A stretch of 64,000 bases of DNA from Saccostrea cucullata (Eukaryota), in the NCBI RefSeq assembly GCF_032062105.1, contig NW_026927632.1:186001-250000 (forward strand). The letters run 5' to 3'. Shown piece by piece: positions 13,955 through 26,800 of this stretch; the stretch's first letter is position 1; each line of letters starts with the position of its first letter. The position numbers and the translations under genes are program-made. The notes under the pieces are model-generated. The model did no database searches, was not told the origin of the DNA, and saw only the letters and a program-made list of their open reading frames with translations.

Positions 13955-13993
13955 ATGAATAAACTTGAGATAGACAAACGTCAACACAGTAAT

Positions 13994-16900
13994 ATGGGTG
14001 ATATTCAACACCAAGAAGTGATCCCACATAACTCCGGTTCGCCCAAGTCGTCATTCAATCTAGATGAACCTCCTATGGTGTTTCAGTGTGCTCAGTGTAA
14101 CGTTATTGTTGGGGACTCAACAGCATGGGTCTGCATAGACGATATATCTAGGACAATAACACTTAACAGTAAGACTTGTGAATTATTTTTTAGACGAGAT
14201 AAAAGTTGACACTTTCACTGTACTTTAGTGTGACATTTCTTATAGGCCTATGCTGAAAAAATTGAACATAATTGACAGAACTTTTTTAAGAAAAATGTTT
14301 ATCAAAATAGTTAAATCAATGTTTTGATTAGATAGAGAAAACTGATTAATGCAATATACTGTAGCTACTGTAAGATACATGTTAAAATCACTAAATTAAG
14401 ACCAGAATAATATTTTGTTGGACTTTTGAATAGATAGATAAAACTGATTAATGCAATATACTGTAGCTACTGTAAGATACATGTTAAAATCACTAAATTA
14501 AGACCAGAATAATATTTTGTTGGACCTGTAAATTTTATTATAGATGTAACGAGTGCAGTAGTGGAAGAAGAAATGAAGACTGCCAGTTCAGGCTTTGATG
14601 CAGGAAGGTAAGTCAATCTGGAATAAGAAAATCTGCCGAGTGTGTTAACATCGGAAAGCAGCTGACTTGCCTAATCTTGAGGCTGACAGGCATCAAAATT
14701 AATAAGCAAAATACATGTGGGTGAAAAAATCAAAATTGCAAACTAAGCTAGAACTATAAGATTTAGGGGGTTCAGGTGACCCGACTTACCTGTGTAATCT
14801 AGGGCTGTGTATTGAACCAAAAATTTCGATACGGTACGATACGATATTTTTTAAAGCGATATGCGATATATTGGATTCTAAAACATGTCTATCAGAATAG
14901 GCTTATAAATCATTTTAATGCATAAATTTCATGATAATTAAGTGATTTATTACCCATTTTAAAGTTCTTGTTTCATTTTCTTTATTAATAACACCTCAAA
15001 TTAAAACTTTTAATGACAGTAAAATCAACATGTTCAAATAAAATTCTCCTTGTATTTTGTAATAATTGTAAAAACTGTGTTATTTCCTTATAAATTATAA
15101 AATTATTGAACAGTTTTAATTCAAAAAAGTGAAATATAATCTTTGGTAATTGAAATTCCCATCTTTTTAACAGAATTAGAGGAAAAACTGTCTGTCCGAT
15201 ACGTATTGGAACTTATTTTTCGATACGATATTTTTCTTGAATGTCGATACGTATCGATATATCGATATATTGATACAGCCCTAGTGTAATCGTGCCATAT
15301 ACACACAATTTATTGATGTTTATATACGTAATTTTTGCATTATTATTCACATTTATCTAGAAATTAAATATAATGAATTTTTTCTACATTGTTTGAACTT
15401 TCGTATGATGTGTGTGTTATGTCATTCTGAAAAGTTTGTATTAAAAATTAACCCGGTTGAAGTTGTGCTAAAATTGGAACGGGGTTTCCCCTTTGATGCA
15501 TGGCACTGTAATTTTGTTTCCGCGGCGTTGATAGCGTCATTTTGATTGGCTTTCCGGGAGGCGATTTTGAAGGAATTAACGACATTGACCTATCACAGGA
15601 AAGCTTACATTTTGAAGATCAACATTATCAATGTTGCATCTCAATGCAATGTGCAGAAGTTTATGTATTTTCGTTTCAAAGGAAAGAGGTCGATTTTACT
15701 ACGGTAAGTAATCGAAATATTTTTATGCAACATACACTGTTAGAAAGCTGAGAAAATTTCCTATCTGAATATTGTGGTTCTGTAATAATTTCGGAAAAAA
15801 ATTCACCCGGATTCTAATCAAAAGTCGTCACCCCGACGCAACTTTTGAACAGTTTCTATGTACCTTTCAATTCATGCACACTTTTTTATCGTAAAACCAC
15901 AAGTGAAAATAGAAATGTGACATTAAATAATATTAGGATCGACTTACTGGAAAAAAAAAATCTATGAAAAATATTATCATTTCCTACAATGTACTACACA
16001 TAAACAGGGACCTTATAATATACTAACGGTCCCTGATATAAATGTACAAATTTGATTCTGTTGCCAGGATTTCCTCTAGATTCTGAAATACATATAATGT
16101 ACTTATAATTAATAAATAAATAGCTTGAAGTTCTTTTAGGCCCTATAAAATATTAATAATTTTCTTTGTTAACATGATACTTTGTGGTTATTTTTTTTTC
16201 AGTGAGTGTAAACAGTCAGACTTCGGGAAAATGCGAGAATCATTCCACGTCATGATTATGGTACCCGCCGGTAGTAACAGATGTCTGGATAACCTTAACA
16301 CTCAACTTGTCCAAGAAGCACGGATAATTTAGACTGAATATATACAATTATTGATTGATACCGAAATTTGATATCATGTATTTTAAAGATTGATCAATAC
16401 AAATTTTAAATAAAGTTGTGAATTAACTGTAGTGAATTCTTTTTTCCCAATCTTTGCCATTTTCATATTAATATTGACAGCTTTCTTCTTCGTGATATCC
16501 AGACAGAATTCTGACTTTTAGTGAGCATATTTGATTAAGATCACTATTTTATAAATCTTCTGAAAGTAATAAATTGTAAATATTTATAAAATTTCATTAT
16601 TTTTTTCCTAACTTAGATTTTGAAAGCATTTTATCAAAAAGACTGTATCGGCCATTTTCACTACTGGTGGCCATATTGGATATTTTGCTGCCATCTTGGA
16701 TATTTTTTTAGCTGGCATGGAAACAGAAAATTAGGGCTTGCATAGACCTTTCCGAAAATATATAGTTTGCCATACTTCCAAATAAAATTAGACTCGTTAC
16801 TTAAAAATCTGCCTAGACTTATCGGATTTTTCTTCCTTTCATGTGCCATCAATAGGTACTCTTTAATAGTTAAATTTTCTTACATAAAATAGCAGTATTC

Positions 16901-18416
16901 ACAACATTGATAATTTCATAACTTCTGTTCTACTTGGAATTTTTTCACCAATTAAAGTTTTTTTATATTTCTGAATGTGTATGTGTTTGAGCTAGAATAT
17001 ATTTATTTGAATATATCTCATCGAAAATTTATACCTGAAGCCCCTATAAGATTCATAAAAGAAAATTAAGCGAGAAAGATGAGCTTTCGCACTGTGTCTG
17101 GTTTTTACTTTTTTGGCTGTGGTTTAAAATTTATTCAATCTTTGTCTTTTGCACATAAATGATGATAAATCCTTTGAATGTCCTTTAAATATATCAGCAT
17201 ACATGTAGTTGACTCTAAAAGAAGTTGAATGGTCTGATATTGGACCAAACATGGACTGTTGAATACATTTTCATTGTAGCACTTACTACAAGATGGCCTG
17301 TGCCACGTGTAGAGAAGAAATTGGACGGAAATATAAGGGTGCTGTCAATCACTTGGACTCAGCAAGAGGAAAATACACTCTGTTTGTTGACAAGTTATCC
17401 AGGTACATTATATTGAGAATGTATTTTAATTTTCGCTCTCTTTTGTCAAGTAAATAACATTATTGTCCACTTTTTAATTGACTATAAATTTGTAAATGAT
17501 GTAAAATTTGCAAATTTGACAAATAATGCATCATACGTAACATACTTACAAAAGACATCTCCATATGAGTGAAAAATTCAATAGGCACATTAAACAACAA
17601 ACAAACTTATACACGGACATTGTGTGTAAAATGTAGATGGGCTGTGTATTGGTAAAAAATACTGACAATATATTTTATAATATTTAGTTATCAGATTGGA
17701 AGCTATGACAAGGAGAGAAGTGAAACTACAGACATGTCTGACATTCTCAGTGTGGCAAACATCAGAGATATACATGTTCAACTGTCTAAGGTGGGTGAAT
17801 TATCCAAGTTGTATTGTTGTTTGACCAAGCAGCTGTCTACTAATGGAGAAAAAAATTAAATATGACAAACAGAAATGAAATCTGACAAAAATATATTTAT
17901 ATGAGTTGACAGTTGAACATTTATCATATTTATTGTTGTAAAATTTTAGCTTAGGACTCATCTAAGTTTCTAATAGGCTGACCTGAAATCTTTATTTTCT
18001 ATCAAACAAGATGATGCAAAGAAGATAGGCTCTTACACTGATCCAATCAAAATTTATCAAGTATGAACCTTATTTTTACTTGTATCGTACAGCTGACAGC
18101 CATAATGCAGGGGATGAATGACCGAGTGCTGGCCTTGGAGCAGGGGTACCAGACAGGAGCGGGGGACGATAATATGAGTGTGAAGAGTCTGTCCTATCCC
18201 TGCAGCAGTTATTCCAGTGTTCCCCCACGGTTCCTTTCTCCCACCCATCAGCCTAATCGAGTTTTTTCTACAGGACAATTGCCAGTCACACAAATTTGTA
18301 ATAGTAAGTCAAAAGGCAGATACATGTACTTGCTGTGAAGAGTTCTTAGTGGAGTGATAATGAATTGAATTCTTCAAATTTAGATTGTTAACATGAAAAT
18401 GATTTTTTACTTCATG

Positions 18417-18459
<43 letters not shown>

Positions 18460-20097
18460 CTGTAAACAATTTTTCAAAACGCTACTCCTCCTACAATTTT
18501 AGTCTGATTTCAATATTACTTGGCACACAAGTAGACTACACTAAGATACATAGAATAGTGCATCGGTTTTTGATTTCGATGAACGGTGTTGCCATGGTTA
18601 CTAAAAATAGAATTTTTTGTGAAATTCCTTTAAAACGCTACTCCTTCTACAGTTTTGGTCTGATTTCAATATAACTTGGCACACAAGTAGACTACACTAA
18701 GATACATAGAATAGTGCATCGGTTTTTGATTTCGATGAACAGTGTTGCCATGGTTACTAAAAATAGAATTTTCTGTGAAATTCCTTTAAAACGCTACTCC
18801 TTCTACAGTTTTAGTCTGATTTCAATATAACTTGGCACACAAGTAGATTACACTAAGATGCACAGAATAATGCATAGATTTTTGATTTCGATGAACGGTG
18901 TTGCCATGGTTACTAAAAATAGAATTTTCTGTGAAATTCATTTTAATTGCTACTCCTTCTACAGTTTTGGTCTGATTTCAATATAACTTGGCACACAAGT
19001 AGACTACACTAAGATACATAGAATAGTGCATCGGTTTTTGATTTTGATGAACGGTGTTATCATGGTTACTAAAAATAGAATTTTCTGTGAAATTCCTTTA
19101 AAACGCTACTCCTTCTACAGTTATAGTTTGATTATAAAATAAGTTTTGCACAAAGATACATAAAATAGTGCAATGGTTTTTGATAAGTACAAACCAGTAG
19201 AGCTACAGTCTCGACAGAGACTTCTGGTTATTTATCTGCTCTTTTTTGAGAATCTTTTCACTTTCTTTGTGGCTTATGAAAGGATATCAGAAATTCAAGA
19301 AATTTCATTTTATTTTCAAGGTGAAGGTCATGGCCACAGCTTGAAATCAGGTATTTTAAATCTATAAAAAAAAAAAAAAGTACAGATCTTTTAAAATTTT
19401 CTGTTTTCAGATATCAAAATTTTCATAGTTTATTTCTTACTTGAGCCAAAATTTAAAGTTAATTTTCTTTACTTTCAAATTTCCAACCTACATCTTTCCA
19501 TCATCTGTCCCTGTATTATATTTAAGATTTCGTAAACATCTTGTTCAAAGAAAATTTTGAAACAGGACTGTTAAGAAAGTTAATTTTCATGGTTTTGAGG
19601 GTTTATAAATTCTTGTTGTAGACGAGTCTATTTTTAAGAGACCACAACTCCGACATCCCCAACAGCATCCAGGTCACCATGACAACTATCCGGAGAGTGT
19701 ACAGAGTACATATTCCCACCTGGAGCACCTCCACAAGGTCGACCAGCAGGAGCGCCCCCTGGGAATTGATCCAGACGACAGCTTCCAGAGCCACAACAAC
19801 TACGTCAGAAACATTCACAGCAGCAAGACCAGGCAACAGAGACGCAACTCGCTGAATCTGGAGACTGCACAGCACAAAGAGAACGTACCACAAAATTTCA
19901 GAAGGGAAGAGTTGAGTCAAGGGTTTAGAGGGCAGAGAAACTTTAGTTCAGGTAGAATGAGTGAGGACAGTAGAATTAAAGAGGAGGAGGCATCAAATAA
20001 GGGATCAACACCTCGAGGGAACTTAAAGAGAAAAGAAGTTCCCTCTGGTGACCCTCTGCAGGCCATGATGAGCAGACGACACAAGCGGAGAATCTGA
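13994..20097 (+). CDS. MIS18A: Mis18-family (Mis18-alpha/OIP5-like, Yippee fold) centromere-licensing protein, ~383 aa, 6 exons (alternative in-frame ATG at 13955)
   Basis: Exons 13994-14168, 14544-14607, 17280-17402, 17688-17790, 18093-18303 and 19622-20097, GT-AG with consistent phases. Motifs: PMVFQCAQCNVIVGDS, a second CxxC (MACATCREEIGRKY), SYQIGS, and the coiled coil IHVQLSKLTAIMQGMNDRVLALEQ. Alpha versus beta orthology cannot be resolved. Confidence 0.88.
14325..14526. repeat. Direct tandem duplication, period ~102 bp, just upstream of Mis18 exon 2
   Basis: actgattaatgcaatatactgtagctactgtaagatac...ttttgttggac appears identically at 14341 and 14443. Confidence 0.9.
14800..15283. mobile_element. 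hAT-type MITE in Mis18 intron 2
   Basis: TIR TAGGGCTGT...ACAGCCCTA, 8-bp TSD gtgtaatc (14792-14799 and 15284-15291), subterminal CGATA repeats. Confidence 0.88.
18405..19230 (+). mobile_element. Helentron/HINE-like element with a (GTCT)n microsatellite and ~4.4 tandem copies of a 156-bp repeat
   Basis: (TGTC)n at 18416-18462. The anchor gctactcc recurs at 18481, 18637, 18793, 18949 and 19105 (exact period 156). The 3' end has the short hairpin agtctcgacagagact. Confidence 0.8.
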
Positions 20098-22456
20098 GTT
20101 GTCTTAGGGGTTGATGAGGCATAGGTTTATTTCAGGGTAATCATAATTAAAATGATCTGAATGTTTCTTATTTCACAAACCCTCAAACAAAGTAAATTCC
20201 AAAGTCTTTTTTTCCCCTTGGAGAATTGCTTTCCCTCTGGTAATTTTTTCCCCAAAATGTCATAGTAAGTTGTTTCAATTTGATTCTTTCCTTGTGAAAG
20301 GTTTTCAGAAAAATTTCAGCTTAACAAAACACAGATTATATGTAAATAAAATTTTGTTATGAAGTAGTATTGATTTGTAGTTAGGGAGTTTCTAACCCTG
20401 ATTGTTTCAATTTTTTACAGTTATTGTTATAACAGGCATGCACTTATGTTTTGTTACTCATGTATTATAAAGTACATATCATAAGGGGAGATGTATAGAT
20501 ATGCATCAGTAGATTTATATATGTATATCATCCCTTACCCTACTATCAAAATGTTGTCTATCTGTGCAGGATAGGAATACAACATTAATATTTTAAACTA
20601 CAAGAATTAATTCCATGTGTTTTTAACATTTCCTTGTAGCACATATCTACTGTATGACAACTTGTACATGTTTTCAATGTACTGAGACTTCTGTGGAGTT
20701 TCTCGACATTAAGATCAGGGAAAGGACTGGACCTATCATTGATTCATTTCAACATTTGGATTTCATTATATATTATTGTTATTTGTTGCTTATATTGTTT
20801 TGTTGTTTATTTTGTTGACCAAGAAAGGTCAGAAATGTTTGAAGATACGTTGAAAGCAATTTAATTATGGTGTTGCATTAAGAAAATTCAAATTTTAATG
20901 TACATTCAATAACATGTGTACAATCTAGGCTAACTGTAGTAAAATTGTTTCTGGGTTCCTTTTACATTTGATGTTAAGCAACTACACATAAAAAGTAGAA
21001 ATTAAACATATATTATTTTGTTCAGACCTACAGAAAACAGTGTAATTATTGAATTTTCATTTTAAAAGAATGAAAGTTAGTCATCATACTAAAACTTGTA
21101 CTTTACAAGGGAAAAGGGGGAATGGAAGGGGGGTGCTAAAAGAACTATTATATCCATCATTATAAACATGTTTCAATTGTATTGTTGTAAACAGAACAAT
21201 AAATTTTACAAGCATTATTAATTTTATTTACATTTTCTTGCTTAATATAAATTATAAATGCATGTACACATATTTCAGCAGCACTTGATTTAAAATGTAT
21301 AATGTTAAAAGAAAAAATAACAATAAATTCTGGAAGTTTTCTTCACACAATATTTCATTTAAATCATCAAATTCTTTGTATTAAAATGCATGCAACCAAA
21401 TACTCAAACAAATGTGTTAATTTTTTTTTCTCAAAAAGTTGCCATGTATCTTTCATTATTTAAATATTTGTTTCAAGTGTTGTAACACTGATCTAAATGT
21501 ATTATCTATTTCATTTATTAATTCCTACAGCATATACACATAAGTACATGTGTATTAAATTTATTGAAAACCACATAGTGAATACTGGTAGCTTTATTGT
21601 AAGTATCCACAAAATAATTACTTTTCCAGTTGTAAAATACATACAATTCTTTGAAGTCATCTTTATATTCTTTTCCTATAATTATACATCAATATAGTAA
21701 ATGTAGTAAAATATTTTCTACCCATATCCAATACAACAACACATACAGTCCAATTACCAGACACAACACAAAACCATAAAAAAAATGAATTTAAAAATAA
21801 ACACAAACTTGTCAGTTTTACTGCAACAAAATATGTGGTACATTTATTCGGTGGTACAATGTAGTAATTAGAACTGCAAGGTCAATGCGTTTGTAACTAC
21901 ACATTAAGCTTGCAGTTATTTTTAAAATTTTAGTCACAAGTTATGCATTTTGTTCCATTCTGTGTGTGCAAAAAGAATGGACACAAAACCTGTTGCTTGT
22001 GATGATGAAAAATAATGAAACATGTATATGGCACAATCAATCCTGCTCTCTCTAGATCACCTCAGGTATATACCATACTCTCAGTGAATCAACACAGTGA
22101 CCAAGAGATCCGTAGTCATACGATGACTAATTATAACTAATACTAAATTCCATACAAACAAATGTATCTGAAAGAAAAAAAAAGCGTCCTAAACCGGCCT
22201 TATGCCCTAATAGACCACACACAATACTGTTTAGGGAACACTCTTTGCATCCTGCATATTATATTTCATGAAATTGTCAGTTTCTGCTGTCCCAACAATA
22301 TTGCTTTGCTCCTCCCTCCTGAATTTGTGCTTGCATAATTACTGATAAAAAGTCCCAAAGCCATAGACCAGGGACCTATATGGGTCCTTGAATAGACCAA
22401 GGATTTTTACATGGTTAATATTTCTCTCCTTATCCTCTAATTTTGTGATCTAATCT

Positions 22457-22715
22457 AGGGCATATTTACACAGGCGCTTGTTTCATACAGTACGCTAGTT
22501 GTTTTTTCTTTACTATATAATAAAAAAAAAAATAGCGTACTATATGAAACAAGCGCCTGTGTGTATTTACTACTGATATTAGGTATTTGAAACAAGTGCC
22601 TGTGCAAATTTACTACTGATATTAGGTATTTGAAACAAGTGCTGATATTAGGTATTTGAAACAAGTGCTTGTGCAAATTTACTACTGATATTAGGTATTT
22701 TTCCCCAAATATCCC
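22457..22715. repeat. Palindromic element whose right arm is expanded into a ~43-bp minisatellite
   Basis: Inverted repeat acacaggcgcttgtttcata...tatgaaacaagcgcctgtgt, followed by 3-4 tandem copies of (tttactact)gatattaggtatttgaaacaagtgc. Confidence 0.75.
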
Positions 22716-23866
22716 TTTTTCCTCTTTTAGGGAGTAAAAGATTTCCCTAACAATAATAAAAAGTTCAAACAATTTTTTTCTTCAGAAAAATTGGAAATTT
22801 AAAGTAAAAATTATCAGGATTATCAGAAAGTGTGAAATATGGGTTCCCCCCCCCCCTGTTTTATGCACTGAATGGTTATAAAAAGGCTGACATTCAATCA
22901 GACCCCCAGCTGATTTCCACAATTTTTTCAGAAAGGATAGTTTCCCAAAAACCTAAATGAATCCCAGGGGCCACTGCCATACATTTTGAGTTTGGGAGAG
23001 CTAGGGGGCTCTATCAACTGCCAAAAATTCCTTGACATGCAATTAAAAAGGGGGTCATAAGACTTTTTTTTATTGAGGGGGCACAACGATATAGAAGCTA
23101 TGTTTTCTATAGTACAACAAACCTGTTTACTCTTACGATTTCGCCGTATTTTGTACAGATTTTTAGTCCAAATTACGTCTCACGTTTTGCTATTATGAAA
23201 GTACGGAAATTGGAAATACATTTGTTTTGAATTGAGCAGTTAGTTTTCGTTATGATTTGCCTCAGTTTCACGCTTTTTTATCTCTAAAAAAAGAGGTTTC
23301 AAACACACAAGTGATGTCGGGTTGCCAAGTTCAGCTTACTTCAAATTCAGTTTAAAACGATGTGGTATGAAATGACAAAGACCATGTTATTTAACCATGT
23401 TTTAGTTTAGTAATCAGAAAAGCAGTTGTCTCCATTAAATATATGAAAAATTGATGGAAAATGAAATCTTACTGGGAAATGCCAATTCTCACGGACAAAT
23501 CTTATAAAGAATACTGAGAGACAACGATAAGGGTAAACAGGTCTGGTACAAGTACATGTATTCTATATATATCGACAATATTATTGGGGGAGGGGAGGCC
23601 TTCCCCCGAGCCCCTAGTTCCTATGGCTATGATATCACCACTTCCCAAACTTTAGGAGAGGTGTAAACATGTATAAATTAAGAAATACTGTCATAGGTCA
23701 TCAGATGCAATACTGCTTTTCAATACAAGTAGCACCTTTTTACGTTCGGAAACATTGAGAAAATTAAGCTTATATTGAGAGATCTTGATAAATCGAGATC
23801 GTGATACTCTTTCTTTAGCCATCCAGACCGTAAAGACGACTAACGCACGTAATACAATTGATGATA

Positions 23867-26800
23867 TCACAACTGGTTGTCACAGTTATTTGATTCCGTC
23901 ATTCGGGACTTCTCACTGTCTTTCTCTGATATTTCTATCTCCAAAGCAGTATCCATCTGCTCCAATATCTGTAAAATTAAAATATAAGATTAAGTACTGT
24001 AGATCTTACGTGTGTACAACAAGTAACTTCTCACACCAGATGTTGTTTGTTGATAAAAATTTTGCTCAAAAGAATCCTGCAAATTGTGAATTAAATATTT
24101 TTATTATTTCCTTTATGTTGATAGGAACTAACAAATTAGTATAATTATAAACAACGTTATTCCAATTTTTGATGAAAATTGCATTAAGTTTTGAAATATT
24201 ATTACGAAAGATACACATGTATACTGAAATCTTTTTTTAAAAATAAAATATGCTTGGTTTCATTAATAGACGATTTACACGTACGGCATGTGTTTAGCCC
24301 TATTATTAATGAAAACTTAAAAAAATCATGGAAATTAAAAATTAAAAATACTGAGCATACTAGTATACAAAAGTACTACATGTGTAGTATTACACGCTAG
24401 TTTCACGTGTTTTCTATCTACGTTACACCACATTCTTCCCGGATGAACTGGAGAGAAAAACCCCTGGGTTCCGACGATGCTTTAGACACCTCTATTAATG
24501 ACAACTCTAGCGCTCCATATAAACCGACAACCCATAACTTGGATATCAATAACAGTGTAGAATGAAAAAAAAAAGTTAAAAATTTAAAATACAATTCACA
24601 AGTTATTTTTTAAGTTTTTTTCGACTTATTGAGAAAAATCTCGGCTGGGGGTAAAGAGACGCCATGAATGGTTAAATAGGACCAAGGTATTGTGTATGAT
24701 TGTGTTGGTCTTTATGATTGAATAATTCCAGTGCAGTGCTGAATGAATAACTTTTAAAACTCTCATTGAAAGAGACACATATACCACGTATTTTCAGGCT
24801 TAATGTTGATCTCGAAATTGGTGTACTGAAATGGGTAAAAATGTGTCAGTTCTTAATTATAAATAGGTCAATACCTACTATTCATTATTTAATATTAATA
24901 GTATCTTACAATTAGCAGTGACTTAATATTTTTATGATGATGACATAAACACGATCCATACAAAATTGTACATACTACATACAAAGGGACAAAGAAAATA
25001 TCTAGTAATCTCTCAGTAAACTTCCTAATATTTCCATCACAAATCGATTCACATAATTACCTCTTTCCCAGCTTCCTGCCGTCTGTAATCAGCTGCAATG
25101 AATCCTAAAAGGAAATGAAATGAAACATTTTACTAAGGATTGAGAGACTGAGCCTGATTGAAGCTAGCATATACAGTTAGAAATATTTGGTAGTACGTGT
25201 ACATACGATAGGTCATACTCTGAGGTCAATGTCACGAGAGCAAAAAATTGTCCAAAAAGAAGTCTCACAAGAAATGCGAAAATGGTGAAACAAAAGACAT
25301 AGACAAGGTTAATTTTTTTTTACAAATTCTAGAAGATTTTAGATTTGTTCTATATATTTCTATGTAAAACTTGACTTCCCTATTGTGGCCCCCCCCCCCC
25401 ATGATTTTAACAATTTAATATCTACAAAAAAAAAATTTCTGTCAAAATAAATATATATTTCTGTAAAAAGTGCATGGTTTTAACAATTTAATATCTACAC
25501 TAAGGCTTCAAGGCTTTCCTGGCCCGGTGGTTCTTGAGAAGAAGGTCAATAATGCTGGCCCTTCATTTTAAAAATTTAAACTCCCCTTTACCCAAGGATG
25601 CTTTGTACCAAGTTTGGTTAAAAAGAAAGCTCGAAAATGTGAAAAGGAGAAATGGAATAATTATATTTGAAAGTACATCCAAGACTAGACCAAATTCTTG
25701 TCCAAAAGTAAAGAAATTCCTGATAAGTTATGAAAACTTTTGCAAATAATGCTGGTATCTAAAGAAAGCTCTGGAGAAATGGAATAATCATATTTACAAG
25801 TACATTCCAAGCTACATGTACCACTGACCAAAAGTTTAGATGAAAGTTTTGTAAATTTTTGCAAAAGTAGGTCAAAGTCAGGAGGTCAAGTGCATGTAGC
25901 CAAGGAAAAGTCAAAAGGTATTCACATGTGAAATATGAAAGTCTTAGGCTAACATCAACCATTCAAAAGTTTATGAGCAATGTTACAGATTTTGCAGCCT
26001 GGACAAGAAACATACAAAAATAGAAAGGATAGACCAAAAACCTCAGTGCCTTTGAACCTTCAATACGGGCTCAAAAACGAATTGACGCCTTTTATGCCGG
26101 TGATATGAGCAGAAGACTGAATCGATGCACAATACTTACCCGTACATATGGTTCCTAGCAAAAGTGTTCCTGATATTAAGAGATTTGAACCGAACGTCCC
26201 CACTTTGTTAATCATTGCTCTACAACCAATGGTTAGAATGATCCCAAAGAACTGCAAAGTAAAGCAAGATCACCTCCGATATCATAAAAATACAGCATGT
26301 AGAATCTGAGATTTAGAACTTTCAATAGATGTATTTAGACCCGTATAAAATCATTTTTCACCTACTAAATGTCAGGGAAAAACATTAAATTTTATTTAAG
26401 TATAATATTTTATTTATATTTAGGACCACCCGACTTTTATCAATCCCTTACATTATTATAATTATATTAGCAGGACCACTAATTTGTACCTGCGCAGAAG
26501 CATTCAGTAAACCGGAAGACGTTCCTTCCGATTCCGGGTAGGTGATTTCGGCGGCAAATTCAAAACCAACGGGAAGGTACCCGGTCATAAAGAAGCTAGT
26601 TATATCAACAGAAATAATGATATGAAATCAGTCATTTTTTCCGCTCTGCATATTTTAGATATTTTGTCAAAATGAATTTTGATTTTTTTTTCTGTTAAGA
26701 AAATACTTCAATATTTCTACCTTTAAAGATATCTATTCTACGGATCAATAATATCAGTTAAACATAATAATTTATGCAACCTAGTCGTTAGTTATTATTT

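Noticed and set aside
16203-16332. Possible alternative terminal exon in Mis18 intron 2
   Set aside because: It has a good acceptor and a 42-codon open frame, but it would truncate the Yippee domain and lies in repeat-like sequence. Unsupported without RNA data.
19603-19920. Hydrophobic 105-aa minus-strand ORF; likewise 30110..30797, 44128..45607 and 18057..18293 alternative-frame/antisense ORFs
   Set aside because: These are shadows of real coding exons in another frame or on the opposite strand.
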